A DNA stretch of 64,000 nucleotides from Acidobacteriota bacterium (GCA_963666055.2 CAXWPH010000015.1:128001-192000); one strand, 5' to 3'; positions 20,483 through 31,507 are shown, numbered from the stretch's first letter. The notes: a model not told the origin generated them from the letters alone. A program made the numbers and translations.

Positions 20483-20951
20483 TGTGTCTCTCCAGACTGG
20501 GGAAAATCTCACGGCGGCCGGAACCCACGTCCGTCCGTCTCGCGGTTGCCCGCCAATTGCGTGTGAAATCGAATATGTCACACGGCGAAAAATCACACTA
20601 GGGTTGCAAGGATCATGCCCGTCGTCCCCATCCATGGCGTACGATCGGCACCGTGCTAACGAAAGATGTGTATTCGGGCGCCACAGCCGAAGCATACCGG
20701 GCGATTCTGTCAATCGTCCCGAGCGGTCGTCGTTGCACTGGAGGCGAACCCAGCACGAAAGCGAACGCTCTTTGCGGGTCCGCGGCACATCCGGGCGCGA
20801 CTGAATCCAACCAATTGGCCCCGTGCTCCAGTAATTTGGATTTCTCCTGCTTCCGGCCCGAGGGGGTCCCCTTTGGACCCAAACGTGCCACGCCTGGCCA
20901 GACTGCCGCGCCAACCGGGTCGGTGCAGCGAAAAAGGGTTCGGTAGACGGC

Positions 20952-22037
20952 TCAGAGGCTGTTGCGCTCCGCCGGTCCCGCCGCCTCGAAGCGCCAGACG
21001 TTTGGTCCGAGTGCTGCGGCCACTGCGGAGACTGTGCGGCGCTCGCACGCTGCGACGATGCAGCCTCCAAATCCAGCGCCCACGACCCGGGCCCCGAATG
21101 CTCCGGCGCTGCGAGCCGCCTCGACCAATCGGTCGACGGCGGGATGGCTGACCTCGTAGTCGTCGCGCAGCCCGGCATGAGACGCGTCGATCAGCGCACC
21201 GAGCGCCTGTAGGTCCGCGGCGTGGAGCGCCTCGACCGCTGCCTCGACGCGCTTCGCCTCGTCGAACACGAACCCGGCGCGACGGCGCAGCACCGGGTCC
21301 TCGATCGCCTCCACTCGACGGTCCGGCTCACTCACATCGGCCAGCAGTCCGTCGTCGACACCGAGCAACCGCGCTGCGGCCAAGCACTGGCGCACCCGAT
21401 CGTTGTAGAGCTTACGGGCCGCACCGGATTTGGGTGCAGCAACGCCCGAATCGGCCACCACCACTGCGAGAGATTCGGGCATCGGCACCGCTTCTACGCG
21501 CACCGGCCTGAAGTCGATCCGCAGCGCGTGCCCAGGTCGGGCGAGCAGCGCGATCGCGTGGTCCATGCCGCCCGACAGTGTTCCGACGTAATGCTCGGCG
21601 AGCTGTGCCTCCTCGGCGAGCACGGCGCGATCACCGACCGGCGCTAAAGCCAGCAAGCTCGCTACTACCAGCGCCGAGGACGAAGACAGACCGGCCTCGG
21701 GCGGCACGTCACCGCCCACCACGATCTCGAGTCCCGTCGATGGCGGGCGCTGGCGAGCCGCCGCGATGACGTAGTCGACCCAGGTGCCGGCACGTGCGCG
21801 TCGGGGAAGTTGCTCGAGGGGAACCTCTTCACACGGGTAACGGTCCGTCTCGACGTTGCGGATGCGCAGCATGGGCGCACGCCGCGGCGCGATAGCCACC
21901 CATATGCTGCGATCTATGGCCATGGGAAGCACCGGAAAGCCGTTGTAGTCGGTGTGCTCGCCGATCAGGTTCACACGGCCTGGAGCCCGAGCGATGACCC
22001 GGGCGTCGGGAAGCTCGCACAGCACCGCTTGTCGCAT
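20952..22037 (-). CDS. galK: Galactokinase
   Basis: APGRVNLIGEHTDYN signature, P..AGLSSSSA, GGMD, GAR..GAGFGGC. Confidence 0.88.
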   Translation of the reverse strand: MRQAVLCELPDARVIARAPGRVNLIGEHTDYNGFPVLPMAIDRSIWVAIAPRRAPMLRIRNVETDRYPCEEVPLEQLPRRARAGTWVDYVIAAARQRPPSTGLEIVVGGDVPPEAGLSSSSALVVASLLALAPVGDRAVLAEEAQLAEHYVGTLSGGMDHAIALLARPGHALRIDFRPVRVEAVPMPESLAVVVADSGVAAPKSGAARKLYNDRVRQCLAAARLLGVDDGLLADVSEPDRRVEAIEDPVLRRRAGFVFDEAKRVEAAVEALHAADLQALGALIDASHAGLRDDYEVSHPAVDRLVEAARSAGAFGARVVGAGFGGCIVAACERRTVSAVAAALGPNVWRFEAAGPAERNSL

Positions 22038-22201
22038 CGTCTCTCCACCGACTCTCGCCGCCCCGCCGGGCGGCAGCGGCAACCATACCTCGCCGCAAGG
22101 GCGGGCAACCGGCTGCCGTGGTGGTGCCGCCACCGCGTCGATAGAATCCCGCCCGTACATCTCAGCCGTACCGGCAGGTTGGTCAGCAACCAGGAGGCAG
22201 C

Positions 22202-23347
22202 ATGAGCTCGTTACGCCGACGTCTGGGGATCGTGGCCGCCTGCGCTGTCTTGGTGCCAGCCTGCTCCATCGACATCGAGCATCAGGGCGCGTCACCGCGC
22301 CCGATCTCCGAGCTGGAGTCCAGCGTCGATGGTTGGGCGAACGAAGCTCTCGAGAGCAAGGCTGTCGCTGGTTTGTCGGTAGCCGTATCGCGGGGCGACA
22401 AACTGCAGTTCGCCAAGGGCTACGGAAGCGCCGACCTCGAGAACAGCGTTCCCGCAGCTGCCGAGACCGTCTACCGAATTGGCTCGATCACCAAGCAGTT
22501 CACCGCTGCTGCCGTCATGCAGCTGGTCGAGCGGGGCGATGTTGTGCTTGAAAACGACATCGCTGAGTACGTCGACTTCCCCACCGGCGACCACCGCGTC
22601 ACCGTACATCAGCTCCTCAACCACACTTCCGGGATCAAGAGCTACACCGACCTCGGCGAGAAGTGGACCAGCACGATCCCCCTGGCGATCACCCACGACG
22701 TGTTGTTCGGCCTGCTCGCCGACCAACCGTTCGACTTCGCGCCGGGCGACGAGTGGCGCTACAACAACACGGGGTTCTACCTGCTCGGTGTGATCGTCGA
22801 GAACGTCACCGACACGTCCTATTCCGAATACCTCCAGCAGGAGATATTCGATCCGCTAGGCCTCGGCAGCACGAGCTACTGCGACGAGAAGAAGCTCATT
22901 CCCCACCGCGCCGAAGGCTACGAGAGCGAGGACGGTGACCTGGTCAACGACGAGCTGATCGACATGACCCATCCATTCGCCGCCGGGGCGTTGTGTTCGA
23001 ACGTCCTCGACCTATTGCGCTGGCAGCGAGCGCTGGAAGAGGGTGAGGTGGTCAGCGAGGTCTCGTACAAGCTCATGTCGACTCCGGCGACGCTCAACGA
23101 CGGCGCGGCGCTCGAATACGGCTACGGTCTCGGGGTGGACACTCTGGGTGGTCATCGCCGCGTCGCCCACGGCGGCGGAATCAACGGTTTTGTCACGATG
23201 GCGGCACGCTACCCCGACGAAGACCTCAGCGTCATCGTGCTGACCAACACGCCCGGGCCAACCGCCTTCCAGCTCGAAGAGCGCATCGCACGCGCCGCTC
23301 TCGGGCTGCCCGAGGCGAAGGAAGACGAAGAAGCCGAGATCCCGTAA
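22202..23347 (+). CDS. Serine hydrolase / beta-lactamase family, possible lipoprotein
   Basis: SITK (SxxK), LLNHTSG, YNN, HGGGINGF; N-terminal ..PAC lipobox-like. Confidence 0.9.
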   Translation: MSSLRRRLGIVAACAVLVPACSIDIEHQGASPRPISELESSVDGWANEALESKAVAGLSVAVSRGDKLQFAKGYGSADLENSVPAAAETVYRIGSITKQFTAAAVMQLVERGDVVLENDIAEYVDFPTGDHRVTVHQLLNHTSGIKSYTDLGEKWTSTIPLAITHDVLFGLLADQPFDFAPGDEWRYNNTGFYLLGVIVENVTDTSYSEYLQQEIFDPLGLGSTSYCDEKKLIPHRAEGYESEDGDLVNDELIDMTHPFAAGALCSNVLDLLRWQRALEEGEVVSEVSYKLMSTPATLNDGAALEYGYGLGVDTLGGHRRVAHGGGINGFVTMAARYPDEDLSVIVLTNTPGPTAFQLEERIARAALGLPEAKEDEEAEIP

Positions 23348-23402
23348 CGTCGACGACGAGTCTCCGCGCGGCACTGAGGTTGGACCCCCGAGGCCAGCGG
23401 AC

Positions 23403-24506
23403 GTGTTCCGAGCTCGTGCTATCGTGCGCGCCGCCATGCCTTCCCAAGATCCGGCGATCGCCCACCCCGAGCCACTCGAGATCCCGGCGGCTGCCCGCAT
23501 CCTCGGCATCCGATTTTCCGCGCTCGGCGACACACTGCTGACGTTCCCGGCTCTGAGGCTCCTCAGGGCCACCTATCCGGACATCCACCTCGCCTTCCTC
23601 ACCGACACGCGCTGCGCCGGTTTGTTCGACGGGCTCGAAGTCCTCGACGAGCTCCTGACGCTTGACCGCGGCGCACTGAAGAGACTCCGGCCGGGCGCCG
23701 TGGCGCAGCTGCTGAACAGGGTGCTACGACCGGCTCTCTTCGGTCGCTGGGACGTGGTGATCGACTTTCAGGGGTTCACCGAGACCGCCGCGATTGGCGC
23801 CCTGACAGGCGCTCCGATCCGCGTCGGGCGCCGCTACAAGACCGGAGCCCACCGCCTCTATCGACCCTGGATCGACGCACCGCACTTGCCGATCTACATG
23901 ACCGACGCCCACATCGACACCATCGTGCGCGCCGGGCTAGCGCCGGCGCCAGCAGCGCGCCGACAAGCCGGAGCTGCCCGCTTCTATCGGACCCCTGCCG
24001 AGGCCTCGCGACGCTGGCTCACAAGGTGCGCATCAAGGCGCCAACCGACCGCCGAGCAGGCACCGTCGATCGCTTTCTTCGTGGGCGCCGCCAAGGCGCA
24101 CAAGCTCTGGCCGGCGGCCCGGTTCGCACAGCTCGCCCGTCGCCTCGCGGCCGAGCTACCGCACTCGTTCCTGATCTTCGCGGGTCCCGGCGAGCAGGAG
24201 ATCACGCGGCAAGTGGTCGAGGATGCGACGCAACACGGGCTGGCAGATCGTGTTGCTGATGGAGGATGCGGCGACCTCGCGACGCTAGCCGCGGCATTCG
24301 AGCACTGCAGTGCCACAGTGAGCAACGATACCGGCCCGCTGCATCTGAGCGTCGCGGTCGGCACTCCGACGCTGGGTATCTTCTCTACCGGCGACCCGCA
24401 CTTCATACCGCCGCCCCCACACAGATACGTCGTCGCTCCGGGGGGACAGGTCGACGCGATCACCGTCGATCAGGTCGCCACCGCGGTGCACAAGCTGCTC
24501 ACCTAG
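23403..24506 (+). CDS. Glycosyltransferase family 9 (heptosyltransferase-like)
   Basis: RFSALGD, DFQG, K.WP...F, NDTGPLHL..AVGTP. Confidence 0.9.
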   Translation: MFRARAIVRAAMPSQDPAIAHPEPLEIPAAARILGIRFSALGDTLLTFPALRLLRATYPDIHLAFLTDTRCAGLFDGLEVLDELLTLDRGALKRLRPGAVAQLLNRVLRPALFGRWDVVIDFQGFTETAAIGALTGAPIRVGRRYKTGAHRLYRPWIDAPHLPIYMTDAHIDTIVRAGLAPAPAARRQAGAARFYRTPAEASRRWLTRCASRRQPTAEQAPSIAFFVGAAKAHKLWPAARFAQLARRLAAELPHSFLIFAGPGEQEITRQVVEDATQHGLADRVADGGCGDLATLAAAFEHCSATVSNDTGPLHLSVAVGTPTLGIFSTGDPHFIPPPPHRYVVAPGGQVDAITVDQVATAVHKLLT

Positions 24507-24554
24507 TGTCCTGAGTCAGGACACTCTCAGGCCGGGAAGTGTGGCGGCCCGCTA
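24503..24554. repeat. Palindrome AGTGTCCTGAGTCAGGACACT plus a family A TIR stub between convergent stops
   Basis: 21-bp palindrome whose core recurs at 33987-34001; starts in the CTAG of the GT9 stop. Confidence 0.65.
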
Positions 24555-25718
24555 CTGGACTGCGAGCACCTCGCCGCGGCGACTCAGGCCCACGAGCAGG
24601 GCAACGACGCGGCCGTAGCTCTGCACACCCCCCGGCACACGGTTGGAACGCAAGTAGGCATCGTTGATGCGCGAGGCGATTGGCGTGGCGCGGCTGTGGT
24701 AGCGATCCCAGAACTCGCGCATGGCGCGCACGTCGGCGACAGGCCCGTTATCGAGGGTCGCCCAGACCTCGGCGGCCTCGTCGGGGGAATGGCGCGCCAC
24801 GGAGCCGACCAGCGCCATTCCCATGTACAGATGGGCTGCGTAGCGTAGGTAGGGATCGTCGGCACCGGCGCAGGCTATCGCCGCCACCAGGTTGGCTTCG
24901 CCTTCGTCGGTGATACCCCGCTGGTGGGCCTTCTCGTGCGCCACCGTGATCGGTAGCGACGCGTCGGGCACCAGCCGATTGAAGGAAGGCTCGCCAGTGA
25001 ACGGGATATAGATGCCGCTGATGCCGAGATACGAGAAAACCGTCGAGGACAGGAGCGGCTTGGCGCGTGACGCCAGGTTGCCCAGTTCATCGCCAGGCAG
25101 ACGGAGCTCCAGATACCTCGCGTCGATTGCCGCGTTCAACTCGCTCAAGGTCATTGGCAGGCGGCTCGCGGCGTCGACGGCGACTCCGAGTAGCCGGTGG
25201 TCGCGGTTCGCCGCGTCGATCGCCCGCCGGGTGAGCTCGAGTACCTCCGGCGCATCGATCTCGGCGGTCTCGAGGCCCAGCCGGGTCGCCAGCGGCGGCC
25301 GCGCGTAGTTGAAGCCCCACAGAAACAGGAACGCCAGAAACGCCCAGCCCGCCACGATCCAGGCGCGCATCGCCAGCCGGCCGGTCGCAGCCAACGCCCG
25401 TCGAGGCCATGGTCGGGGGGTCGCCTCGGCAGGCCCGCGGCGCCAACGAACAATGCGCCAACCCAGCCAGGCCACGACCGCCAGCAAGCTTGCCTCGGCG
25501 AGCGAGAGAGGGAACCAAGCGTTGGCCCAGGCTAGCGTGTGAGCAACCAACGGATACAGGCCTCGGCTGTAAATGCTCTCGACAAGATCGGGCAGCCCGA
25601 ACGCGATCCGCTGCACCAGCAGAGCCGCCGGCAGGATGAGCAGGTTGACGAGCGCAGCGGGGCGCGACCAGGATCGCCCGCGCCGCCAGCGCGACGCTGG
25701 TAGTCGTGCTTCAATCAA
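24552..25718 (-). CDS. DUF3810 family membrane protein (HExxH, putative metallopeptidase)
   Basis: WGFNY.R, GISGIY.PFTGE, HEKAHQRG...E.EAN, YLRSN, SY; start uncertain. Confidence 0.85.
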   Translation of the reverse strand: MIEARLPASRWRRGRSWSRPAALVNLLILPAALLVQRIAFGLPDLVESIYSRGLYPLVAHTLAWANAWFPLSLAEASLLAVVAWLGWRIVRWRRGPAEATPRPWPRRALAATGRLAMRAWIVAGWAFLAFLFLWGFNYARPPLATRLGLETAEIDAPEVLELTRRAIDAANRDHRLLGVAVDAASRLPMTLSELNAAIDARYLELRLPGDELGNLASRAKPLLSSTVFSYLGISGIYIPFTGEPSFNRLVPDASLPITVAHEKAHQRGITDEGEANLVAAIACAGADDPYLRYAAHLYMGMALVGSVARHSPDEAAEVWATLDNGPVADVRAMREFWDRYHSRATPIASRINDAYLRSNRVPGGVQSYGRVVALLVGLSRRGEVLAVQ

Positions 25719-25809
25719 CGCTCTTGACCTCTGGCGGCTCGTGGTGGAAGTGTTATGCGTCTGGCCGATTGACCGGCTCGACGCCGACAATCCTCCCCGG
25801 GAGGATCGC

Positions 25810-27075
25810 ATGACGCTCGATCTGAGCTCCAAGGATCGCTCATTGCTCGCCGGTGAGCACGGTCCCGCGGGCCGATTTGCGATGTCGATCCTTGTGCGTA
25901 TGGCCGAAGCCTTCGGTGCTGAGCGCATGCTCGACATCTCGCAGGCTCATATCGACAGCACCGTGTATCAGGGCGAAGCAACGCTGGAGTTCGCCGAACG
26001 TCTCGCAGACATGGACGCGCGCGTCGCGGTTCCATCGACGGCGAATGTCAGCGGCGTGGATGCCGACAACTGGCAAGAGTGGGCGGTGCCGGGAGAATGG
26101 GCCGAGAAGGCCTATCGGCAGATGCAGGCCTACGAGCGCATGGGGTGCACGCCGACGTGGACCTGCGCCCCCTATCAGACGGCCATGCGGCCGACCCTCG
26201 GCCAACAGATCGCCTGGGGAGAATCAAACGCCATCGCTTTCGCCAACTCGGTCATCGGCGCACGCACCGAACGCTACCCCGACATGATGGATATCTGCGC
26301 GGCGATAACCGCCCGGGTGCCAGCGCGTGGTCTGCATCTGGATGACAACCGCGCCGGCGACGTGCTGTTGCGGCTGGTGGATATCCCCGAGGCGTTGCAA
26401 CGCGACGATTCGTTCTGCGCCGTCCTCGGCTACCTGATGGGGAAGATCGCCCAGGAGCGGGTGCCGGTTATCGACGGGTTCACCGCCACCCCCTCGGAGG
26501 ATGACCTCAAGGCGCTTGGCGCCGGCGGGGCGTCGGCGGGAGCAGTGGCATTGTTTCACCTTGTCGGCCACACGCCCGAGGCACCGACGTTGGAGGCGGC
26601 ATTTCGGGGTCGCGATCCGGCCGAGACGCACGAGTTGACGGTTCGCGACCTACGCCGGGCGCGCGCCGAGCTCACCACGTTCGACGGCGATCGGCTCGAC
26701 GTCGTGGTCCTGGGGAGCCCGCACTTCTCACTCGAGGAGTTCCGCCGCCTGGCGCCCCTCCTGGAGGGCCAGCGGTGTCATCCCGAGGTGCTTTTCGTGG
26801 TAACCACGGGACGCATGATGCGCGCCCTCGCCGAGCAGGCCGGCTTGCTCGGGCCGCTGCGCGAGTTTGGCGTCAAGATCACGGTGGACACCTGCATCCT
26901 CACCACGCCGATGCTGCCGCCCGAGATCGATACCCTGATGACCAATTCTGCAAAGTACGCTTACTACACGCCAGGTCTGCTCGACGCGGACGTCACCTTC
27001 GGCAGCCTGGAAGATTGTGTTCGTTCGGCGATCGCTGGCCGCGTCGAGCGCGACGAGTCCTTATGGCAGGGGTGA
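25810..27075 (+). CDS. Aconitase X catalytic subunit (DUF521)
   Basis: AHID, TWTCAPY, AWGESNA..FANSV.GART, GSPH, DTC, TNSAKYAYY. Confidence 0.9.
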   Translation: MTLDLSSKDRSLLAGEHGPAGRFAMSILVRMAEAFGAERMLDISQAHIDSTVYQGEATLEFAERLADMDARVAVPSTANVSGVDADNWQEWAVPGEWAEKAYRQMQAYERMGCTPTWTCAPYQTAMRPTLGQQIAWGESNAIAFANSVIGARTERYPDMMDICAAITARVPARGLHLDDNRAGDVLLRLVDIPEALQRDDSFCAVLGYLMGKIAQERVPVIDGFTATPSEDDLKALGAGGASAGAVALFHLVGHTPEAPTLEAAFRGRDPAETHELTVRDLRRARAELTTFDGDRLDVVVLGSPHFSLEEFRRLAPLLEGQRCHPEVLFVVTTGRMMRALAEQAGLLGPLREFGVKITVDTCILTTPMLPPEIDTLMTNSAKYAYYTPGLLDADVTFGSLEDCVRSAIAGRVERDESLWQG

Positions 27076-27479
27076 TCCAGGGAAGGGTGCTGGTGGCCGG
27101 CGACGTCGAGGGCGAGGTGCTTGCCAGCACCGAGCCGCTGAGCTTCTGGGGCGGCTACGATCAGACGTCGGGCGAGATCATCGATCGGCGGCACCCCCTG
27201 TCAGGCTGCGTCGCGGCCGGCAAGATCCTCGCGCTGCCTGCCTCGCGCGGATCTAGCACGACCGCTGCCGTGTTGCTCGAAGCGGTGCGCCGCGGCACCG
27301 CGCCGGCCGCGATCATCACTGACGGCGCCGACACGTTCCTGACGCTGGCAGCAATCGTCGCCGACGAGATGTACCAGCGGACCTTCGCTGTGGTATCGGT
27401 CGACACCGAAGACTTTGAAACGCTGGCGTCCGCCGAGAGGCTGCACGTAGGCATCGACGGCAGCATCGACGTCGTCTAG
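27063..27479 (+). CDS. Aconitase X swivel subunit (DUF126)
   Basis: PLSFWGG.D...G.IID..HPL.G, RGSST. Confidence 0.9.
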   Translation: MAGVIQGRVLVAGDVEGEVLASTEPLSFWGGYDQTSGEIIDRRHPLSGCVAAGKILALPASRGSSTTAAVLLEAVRRGTAPAAIITDGADTFLTLAAIVADEMYQRTFAVVSVDTEDFETLASAERLHVGIDGSIDVV

Positions 27480-27654
27480 CAGGCCGTGGTGAAAGTGTGG
27501 TGGGTCTGGCGACAGGGTCTGGCGAAGTGGAGGCAAGCAGAGAGGAGGAGGCGATGGGTACCCCATCGTTGACGAGGAACGACGCAGCATACGCGCGCAA
27601 CCCCCTGTCGCCCGAAGGGTTACGGCCCACCACACTTTCACCACGGCCTGCTAG
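27476..27654. mobile_element. MITE family A, short copy with one module, followed by an extra right-end stub (27662-27684)
   Basis: CTAG-bounded TIRs; interior is the reverse complement of module B of 34011..34289. Confidence 0.85.
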
Positions 27655-27740
27655 CCTCACGACACTTCCATCACGGCCTGCTAGGCTCGACCACCTCAGA
27701 ACGCCGATCATCGAGGACACCCCCGTTCGCCGAGGCAAAC

Positions 27741-28949
27741 GTGACGCTGGAACTACTCGAGTCAGGCCTACGTATGACCGCCGCCGCTTCCCTGCTGCTG
27801 TGGCTTATCGTCGTGCTCGACCGCCGACGCTGGTGGCCGACACAATGGAGCTTGCACCTGGACGCAGCATCGCGACAGCCGCGGCCTGGCGACCACGGCG
27901 AGCTAGTGCTGGTCATTCCGGCACGCAACGAGGCCGCGCTACTACCACGCACCTTGCCGCGCCTGCTGAAACAGAGCGACTGGTTTCGACGTCTGGTGGT
28001 GGTGGACGATCGCTCATCCGATAACACGGCGTCGCTAGCGACCCGCCTCGCCCACGGAACCGAAGCAGAGGAGAAGCTACGTGTCGTCAGCATCGGCGAG
28101 CTCGAACCGGGGTGGACCGGGAAGCTCCACGCCTTGAATGCCGGGGCGACGGCCGCTCTGCAGGATTGGGCGGGGGACAAAGAACACCAATGGATCCTGT
28201 TCACCGACGCCGACGTGCTTCATCCGTTCAACTCGGTCGGACGGTTGCTCTCAAAGGCCGCCGTAGAAGACCTCGACCTCGTGTCCGTGCTTGTAAGACG
28301 GCGGTGCGACATGCTTTGGGAATGGCTCTTGATCCCACCCCTTCTGTACTTCTTCCAACTCATGTTTCCGTTTCGTAGCGCTTCCGATCCGGGCTCGCGA
28401 ACCGCTGCCGCCGCGGGAAGCGTAATGCTCATTCGCCGCCGAATGTTCGACGACATCGGTGGCCTGGAAGCTCTCGTGGGCCACATCGACGAGCTGGCGC
28501 TGGCAAAGCGAATCAAGCGTAGCGGCGGCAAGTGCTGGTTGGGACTGGATCCAGACTTCACGTCCCTACGAAGCTACGGCTCGCTGGATCGAGTCAGCAG
28601 CACCGTGGAGCGCGCCACCTTCGAGCAGTTGCGCTACCGCTACAGCCTCATTCCGGTCCTGTGGCTGGGCGTGCTCCTGATGTTCGCCCTTCCGCCCGCC
28701 CTGACTATCTACGCCGCCATACGACTCGACGTGCTGATGGGAGCGCCGGCGATGTTGGCGTGGCTGTTGGCCACGGTGCACTTCCTGCCGGTGGTGGGCT
28801 ACCTCGGTGCACCGACGCCTTTCGCGCTGTCGTTGCCGGTCACGTCGGTCATGTACGCGTGGATAGCCACGGTCTCGGCCTGGCGACACATGAGAGGCAA
28901 GCCCGCCGCCTGGCGCCCGGCGGCGGAGGGGCTGGGGCCGGATGAGTGA
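27741..28949 (+). CDS. Glycosyltransferase family 2, HpnB-like (hopanoid-associated)
   Basis: IPARNEA, VDDRSSD.T, GWTGKL.AL, FTDAD, AAAG, R.Y; C-terminal TM segments. Confidence 0.8.
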   Translation: MTLELLESGLRMTAAASLLLWLIVVLDRRRWWPTQWSLHLDAASRQPRPGDHGELVLVIPARNEAALLPRTLPRLLKQSDWFRRLVVVDDRSSDNTASLATRLAHGTEAEEKLRVVSIGELEPGWTGKLHALNAGATAALQDWAGDKEHQWILFTDADVLHPFNSVGRLLSKAAVEDLDLVSVLVRRRCDMLWEWLLIPPLLYFFQLMFPFRSASDPGSRTAAAAGSVMLIRRRMFDDIGGLEALVGHIDELALAKRIKRSGGKCWLGLDPDFTSLRSYGSLDRVSSTVERATFEQLRYRYSLIPVLWLGVLLMFALPPALTIYAAIRLDVLMGAPAMLAWLLATVHFLPVVGYLGAPTPFALSLPVTSVMYAWIATVSAWRHMRGKPAAWRPAAEGLGPDE

Positions 28950-29073
28950 GCCGCAGCGGACAACGGTTCGGCTGGAAGTACACCGCGCCGAAACCGACGG
29001 CTTGGGGATCGTGCCCGTCCGTGTCGCTGCCTGCACGGCGCTGATGGCCAGCAGGCGATGCGTGCAACAGCGC

Positions 29074-29577
29074 TCAGTCGAATAAGTTCGTCTGCGCGAC
29101 TCTCGTCGCCGATGCGCCTTCCAACTCGAGCAACGTGCGCTTGCGCTCGACACCACCGCCATACCCGGTCAGGCTGCCGTCGGCACCGATAACGCGATGG
29201 CAAGGAATAATAATCGCGATCGGGTTGGCGCCATTGGCCAGCCCTACCGCCCGGGCAGCGTTGGGATCGCCGACTCGCCGCGCCAGCTCCCCGTAGGAGA
29301 TCGTCTCGCCGTAGTCGATCATCCGCAGCTGCTCCCAAACTCTGTGCCGAAACACGGTGCCGTGCGGCGCCAGCGGCAGATCGAAGGTACGTCGCTGGCC
29401 GGCAAAGTACTCGTCAAGCTGCCCGGATGTGTCGGCGAGCGCCTCGACGTCTTCGATCCAGTCATCTCCGGGCGCGGCGCACCACGGGCCCTCGAACTCC
29501 AGCATCCGCAGGCCGGCTGCATCGACTGCGCCCAGCAGGCGGCCCAGGGGGGACTCGATCCAGCTATAACGGGTCAT
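29074..29577 (-). CDS. ogt: Methylated-DNA--protein-cysteine methyltransferase
   Basis: SPLG, ARAVG.ANG.NP, PCHRV, GYGGG. Confidence 0.93.
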   Translation of the reverse strand: MTRYSWIESPLGRLLGAVDAAGLRMLEFEGPWCAAPGDDWIEDVEALADTSGQLDEYFAGQRRTFDLPLAPHGTVFRHRVWEQLRMIDYGETISYGELARRVGDPNAARAVGLANGANPIAIIIPCHRVIGADGSLTGYGGGVERKRTLLELEGASATRVAQTNLFD

Positions 29578-29843
29578 CGGGCAGAATCGATGTCGGCAAA
29601 CCGGTTGTAGCACCAGGCGAAAACGCTGCCGCCGTCGACGCCGTCGACGAACGCGAGGACGATACCGGCTACCCAGTCCATGAGCGCACCGCTGGCCTCA
29701 TACCCAGGGAACAGAGCCGCAAACAGACCCAGCACGGTGATGCCATAGCTCGGGAACAGCATGTTCAAGGCACCGACAACGGCTACGGTGCCGCCGAAGA
29801 ACACCCCGCAGGTAAGCGCGAACGCTCGCGTAGATAGTCCCAC
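29574..29843 (-). CDS. Small membrane protein of a family often annotated 'holin-like'
   Basis: AFALTCG...PGY...DG..GG..FAW.YNRF pattern; GAGGAG RBS before GTG 29843. Confidence 0.65.
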   Translation of the reverse strand: MGLSTRAFALTCGVFFGGTVAVVGALNMLFPSYGITVLGLFAALFPGYEASGALMDWVAGIVLAFVDGVDGGSVFAWCYNRFADIDSAR

Positions 29844-29910
29844 GTCGATCTCCTCGGTCACATCCCCGGAGGCTTGGCGATGGATCGCATCATCACCTCG
29901 CCGTGGACGG

Positions 29911-31344
29911 TTATCGGGCGACGGCGAACAGACTACGCTCGCCACGCACGTACATCACGCCGTCCGACAGCGCCGGCGTGGCCATCAGCAGCTCGCCCAT
30001 CGAGTTGGTGGCGATGTGCTCGAAGCTGCTGCCGGCACGCAGCACCAGAATCTCGCCATCCTCGCTGCAGAGATAGATCCGGCCATCGGCGGCAACCGGC
30101 GACGAGCTGAAGCCGGAGCCTAGATGCGGGAGCCGCACCCGATAAAGCTCTCGGCCAGAGGACAGCTCGTAGGCATCAAAGACGCCGTTGTTGGCCAGAA
30201 CGTAGAGCTGATCGCGATAGATGAGCGGCGTGGGCATGTACGGCCCCCTCCCCTGTGAGCTCCAGGCAACGTGGGCGTTGGAGCTCGCACCTCCGGTCGG
30301 CGTGATGTCGCCGCGGGCGCCGGGCCGCACCACGAATATCGGACGCTCCGGGTGCCGGCCGCTGGCGATAACGATGAAGTCGTCGCTGAACACCGGAGTC
30401 GGTGCGGTGATCTTGGAGCTGCCACCGAGACGCCAGAGCTCCTCACCGGTGGCAGGATCGTAGCCGTAGACATAGTTCGAGGAGTTGGTGATCAACTCCG
30501 ATGCGGCCGACCCCTCGTAGACGGTCGGCGTGCCCCACGATGGCAGCTCGTGACGTGGCGTTCGCCAGATCGTCGCGCCGTTCCGCGCGTCGAGCGCAAC
30601 GAGAAAATCCTCCGCCTGCGTGTCGTATTGCGCGATCACCATGCCGTTCCACAGGATCGGCGAGCTCGCCGGGCCCCACTCGTAATCCGCCGCGTCGTAG
30701 GCACCGATGTCGACGCGCCCCGGATCGAAGCTCCAGCGCGGCGTGCCGTCCATGTCGAAGGCGTGGAGTCCCTGCGAACCGAAGGAGGCCACCAGGGTGC
30801 GGCCATCGGTAGCCGGGGTGGAGCTCGCATAGGTCGATTTCACGTGCCGGGTGTCGATCGGCGTGCCCTCGTACACAACTCGCTCCCAAACCGTCTCACC
30901 GCTGTGCTTGTCGAGCGCGAACAGCACCCAGCGATGCACCGAGTGGTCGCTAGAGGCATCGCCGTCGCCGTACAGGCCGGGCCGAAAGCCGACGTCGTCG
31001 CGGCTGCTCACCGCCGAGGTGACGTAGAGTCGGTCGCCCCACACGACCGGGCTGGAATGCGCCAGGCCGGGAACCGTGACGCGCCAGCGGATGTTGTCGC
31101 CGGTCGCACCGTCCCAGGCATCGGGCAGGTTCTGGCCATCGGCAACTCCCGAAGCGCCAGGGCCTCGGAAAGACGGCCAGTGGCCATCGTCGACGACGGG
31201 AGCGGCGACGGAGAGGGCCGCCAGAGCCGCCGCCGAAGCGACCGCTATTGGGACGAACGGTGCGCCAACTGTCCGCTTCAGGGACAAAAACGCCGTTGCA
31301 CGAGACTTATCGTCGTTTGACAAAAATTTGACGGAACCCAGCAT
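29911..31344 (-). CDS. PQQ-binding-like beta-propeller protein; start uncertain
   Basis: [33 protein letters not shown]. Confidence 0.88.
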   Translation of the reverse strand: MLGSVKFLSNDDKSRATAFLSLKRTVGAPFVPIAVASAAALAALSVAAPVVDDGHWPSFRGPGASGVADGQNLPDAWDGATGDNIRWRVTVPGLAHSSPVVWGDRLYVTSAVSSRDDVGFRPGLYGDGDASSDHSVHRWVLFALDKHSGETVWERVVYEGTPIDTRHVKSTYASSTPATDGRTLVASFGSQGLHAFDMDGTPRWSFDPGRVDIGAYDAADYEWGPASSPILWNGMVIAQYDTQAEDFLVALDARNGATIWRTPRHELPSWGTPTVYEGSAASELITNSSNYVYGYDPATGEELWRLGGSSKITAPTPVFSDDFIVIASGRHPERPIFVVRPGARGDITPTGGASSNAHVAWSSQGRGPYMPTPLIYRDQLYVLANNGVFDAYELSSGRELYRVRLPHLGSGFSSSPVAADGRIYLCSEDGEILVLRAGSSFEHIATNSMGELLMATPALSDGVMYVRGERSLFAVAR

Positions 31345-31507
31345 ACGTGGTCTGCGTCTAATCTTGAGAATGGCCGGCTTGATCGGGATCGACCATAGCA
31401 ACCGGACGGCTCGCGGTCAGGCAAGTCGCCGTAGGTAACCTCCGTGTACGCAGGGAAGCCGTCCCCGCTTCCATGCGATGCCATCCCCGATCGCAAGGAA
31501 ACTTGCT

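Noticed and set aside
20561-20598. GTGTGA-N11-TCACAC upstream of the TonB receptor as a CRP site
   Set aside because: Spacer is 11 rather than 6; may be an operator but cannot be assigned.
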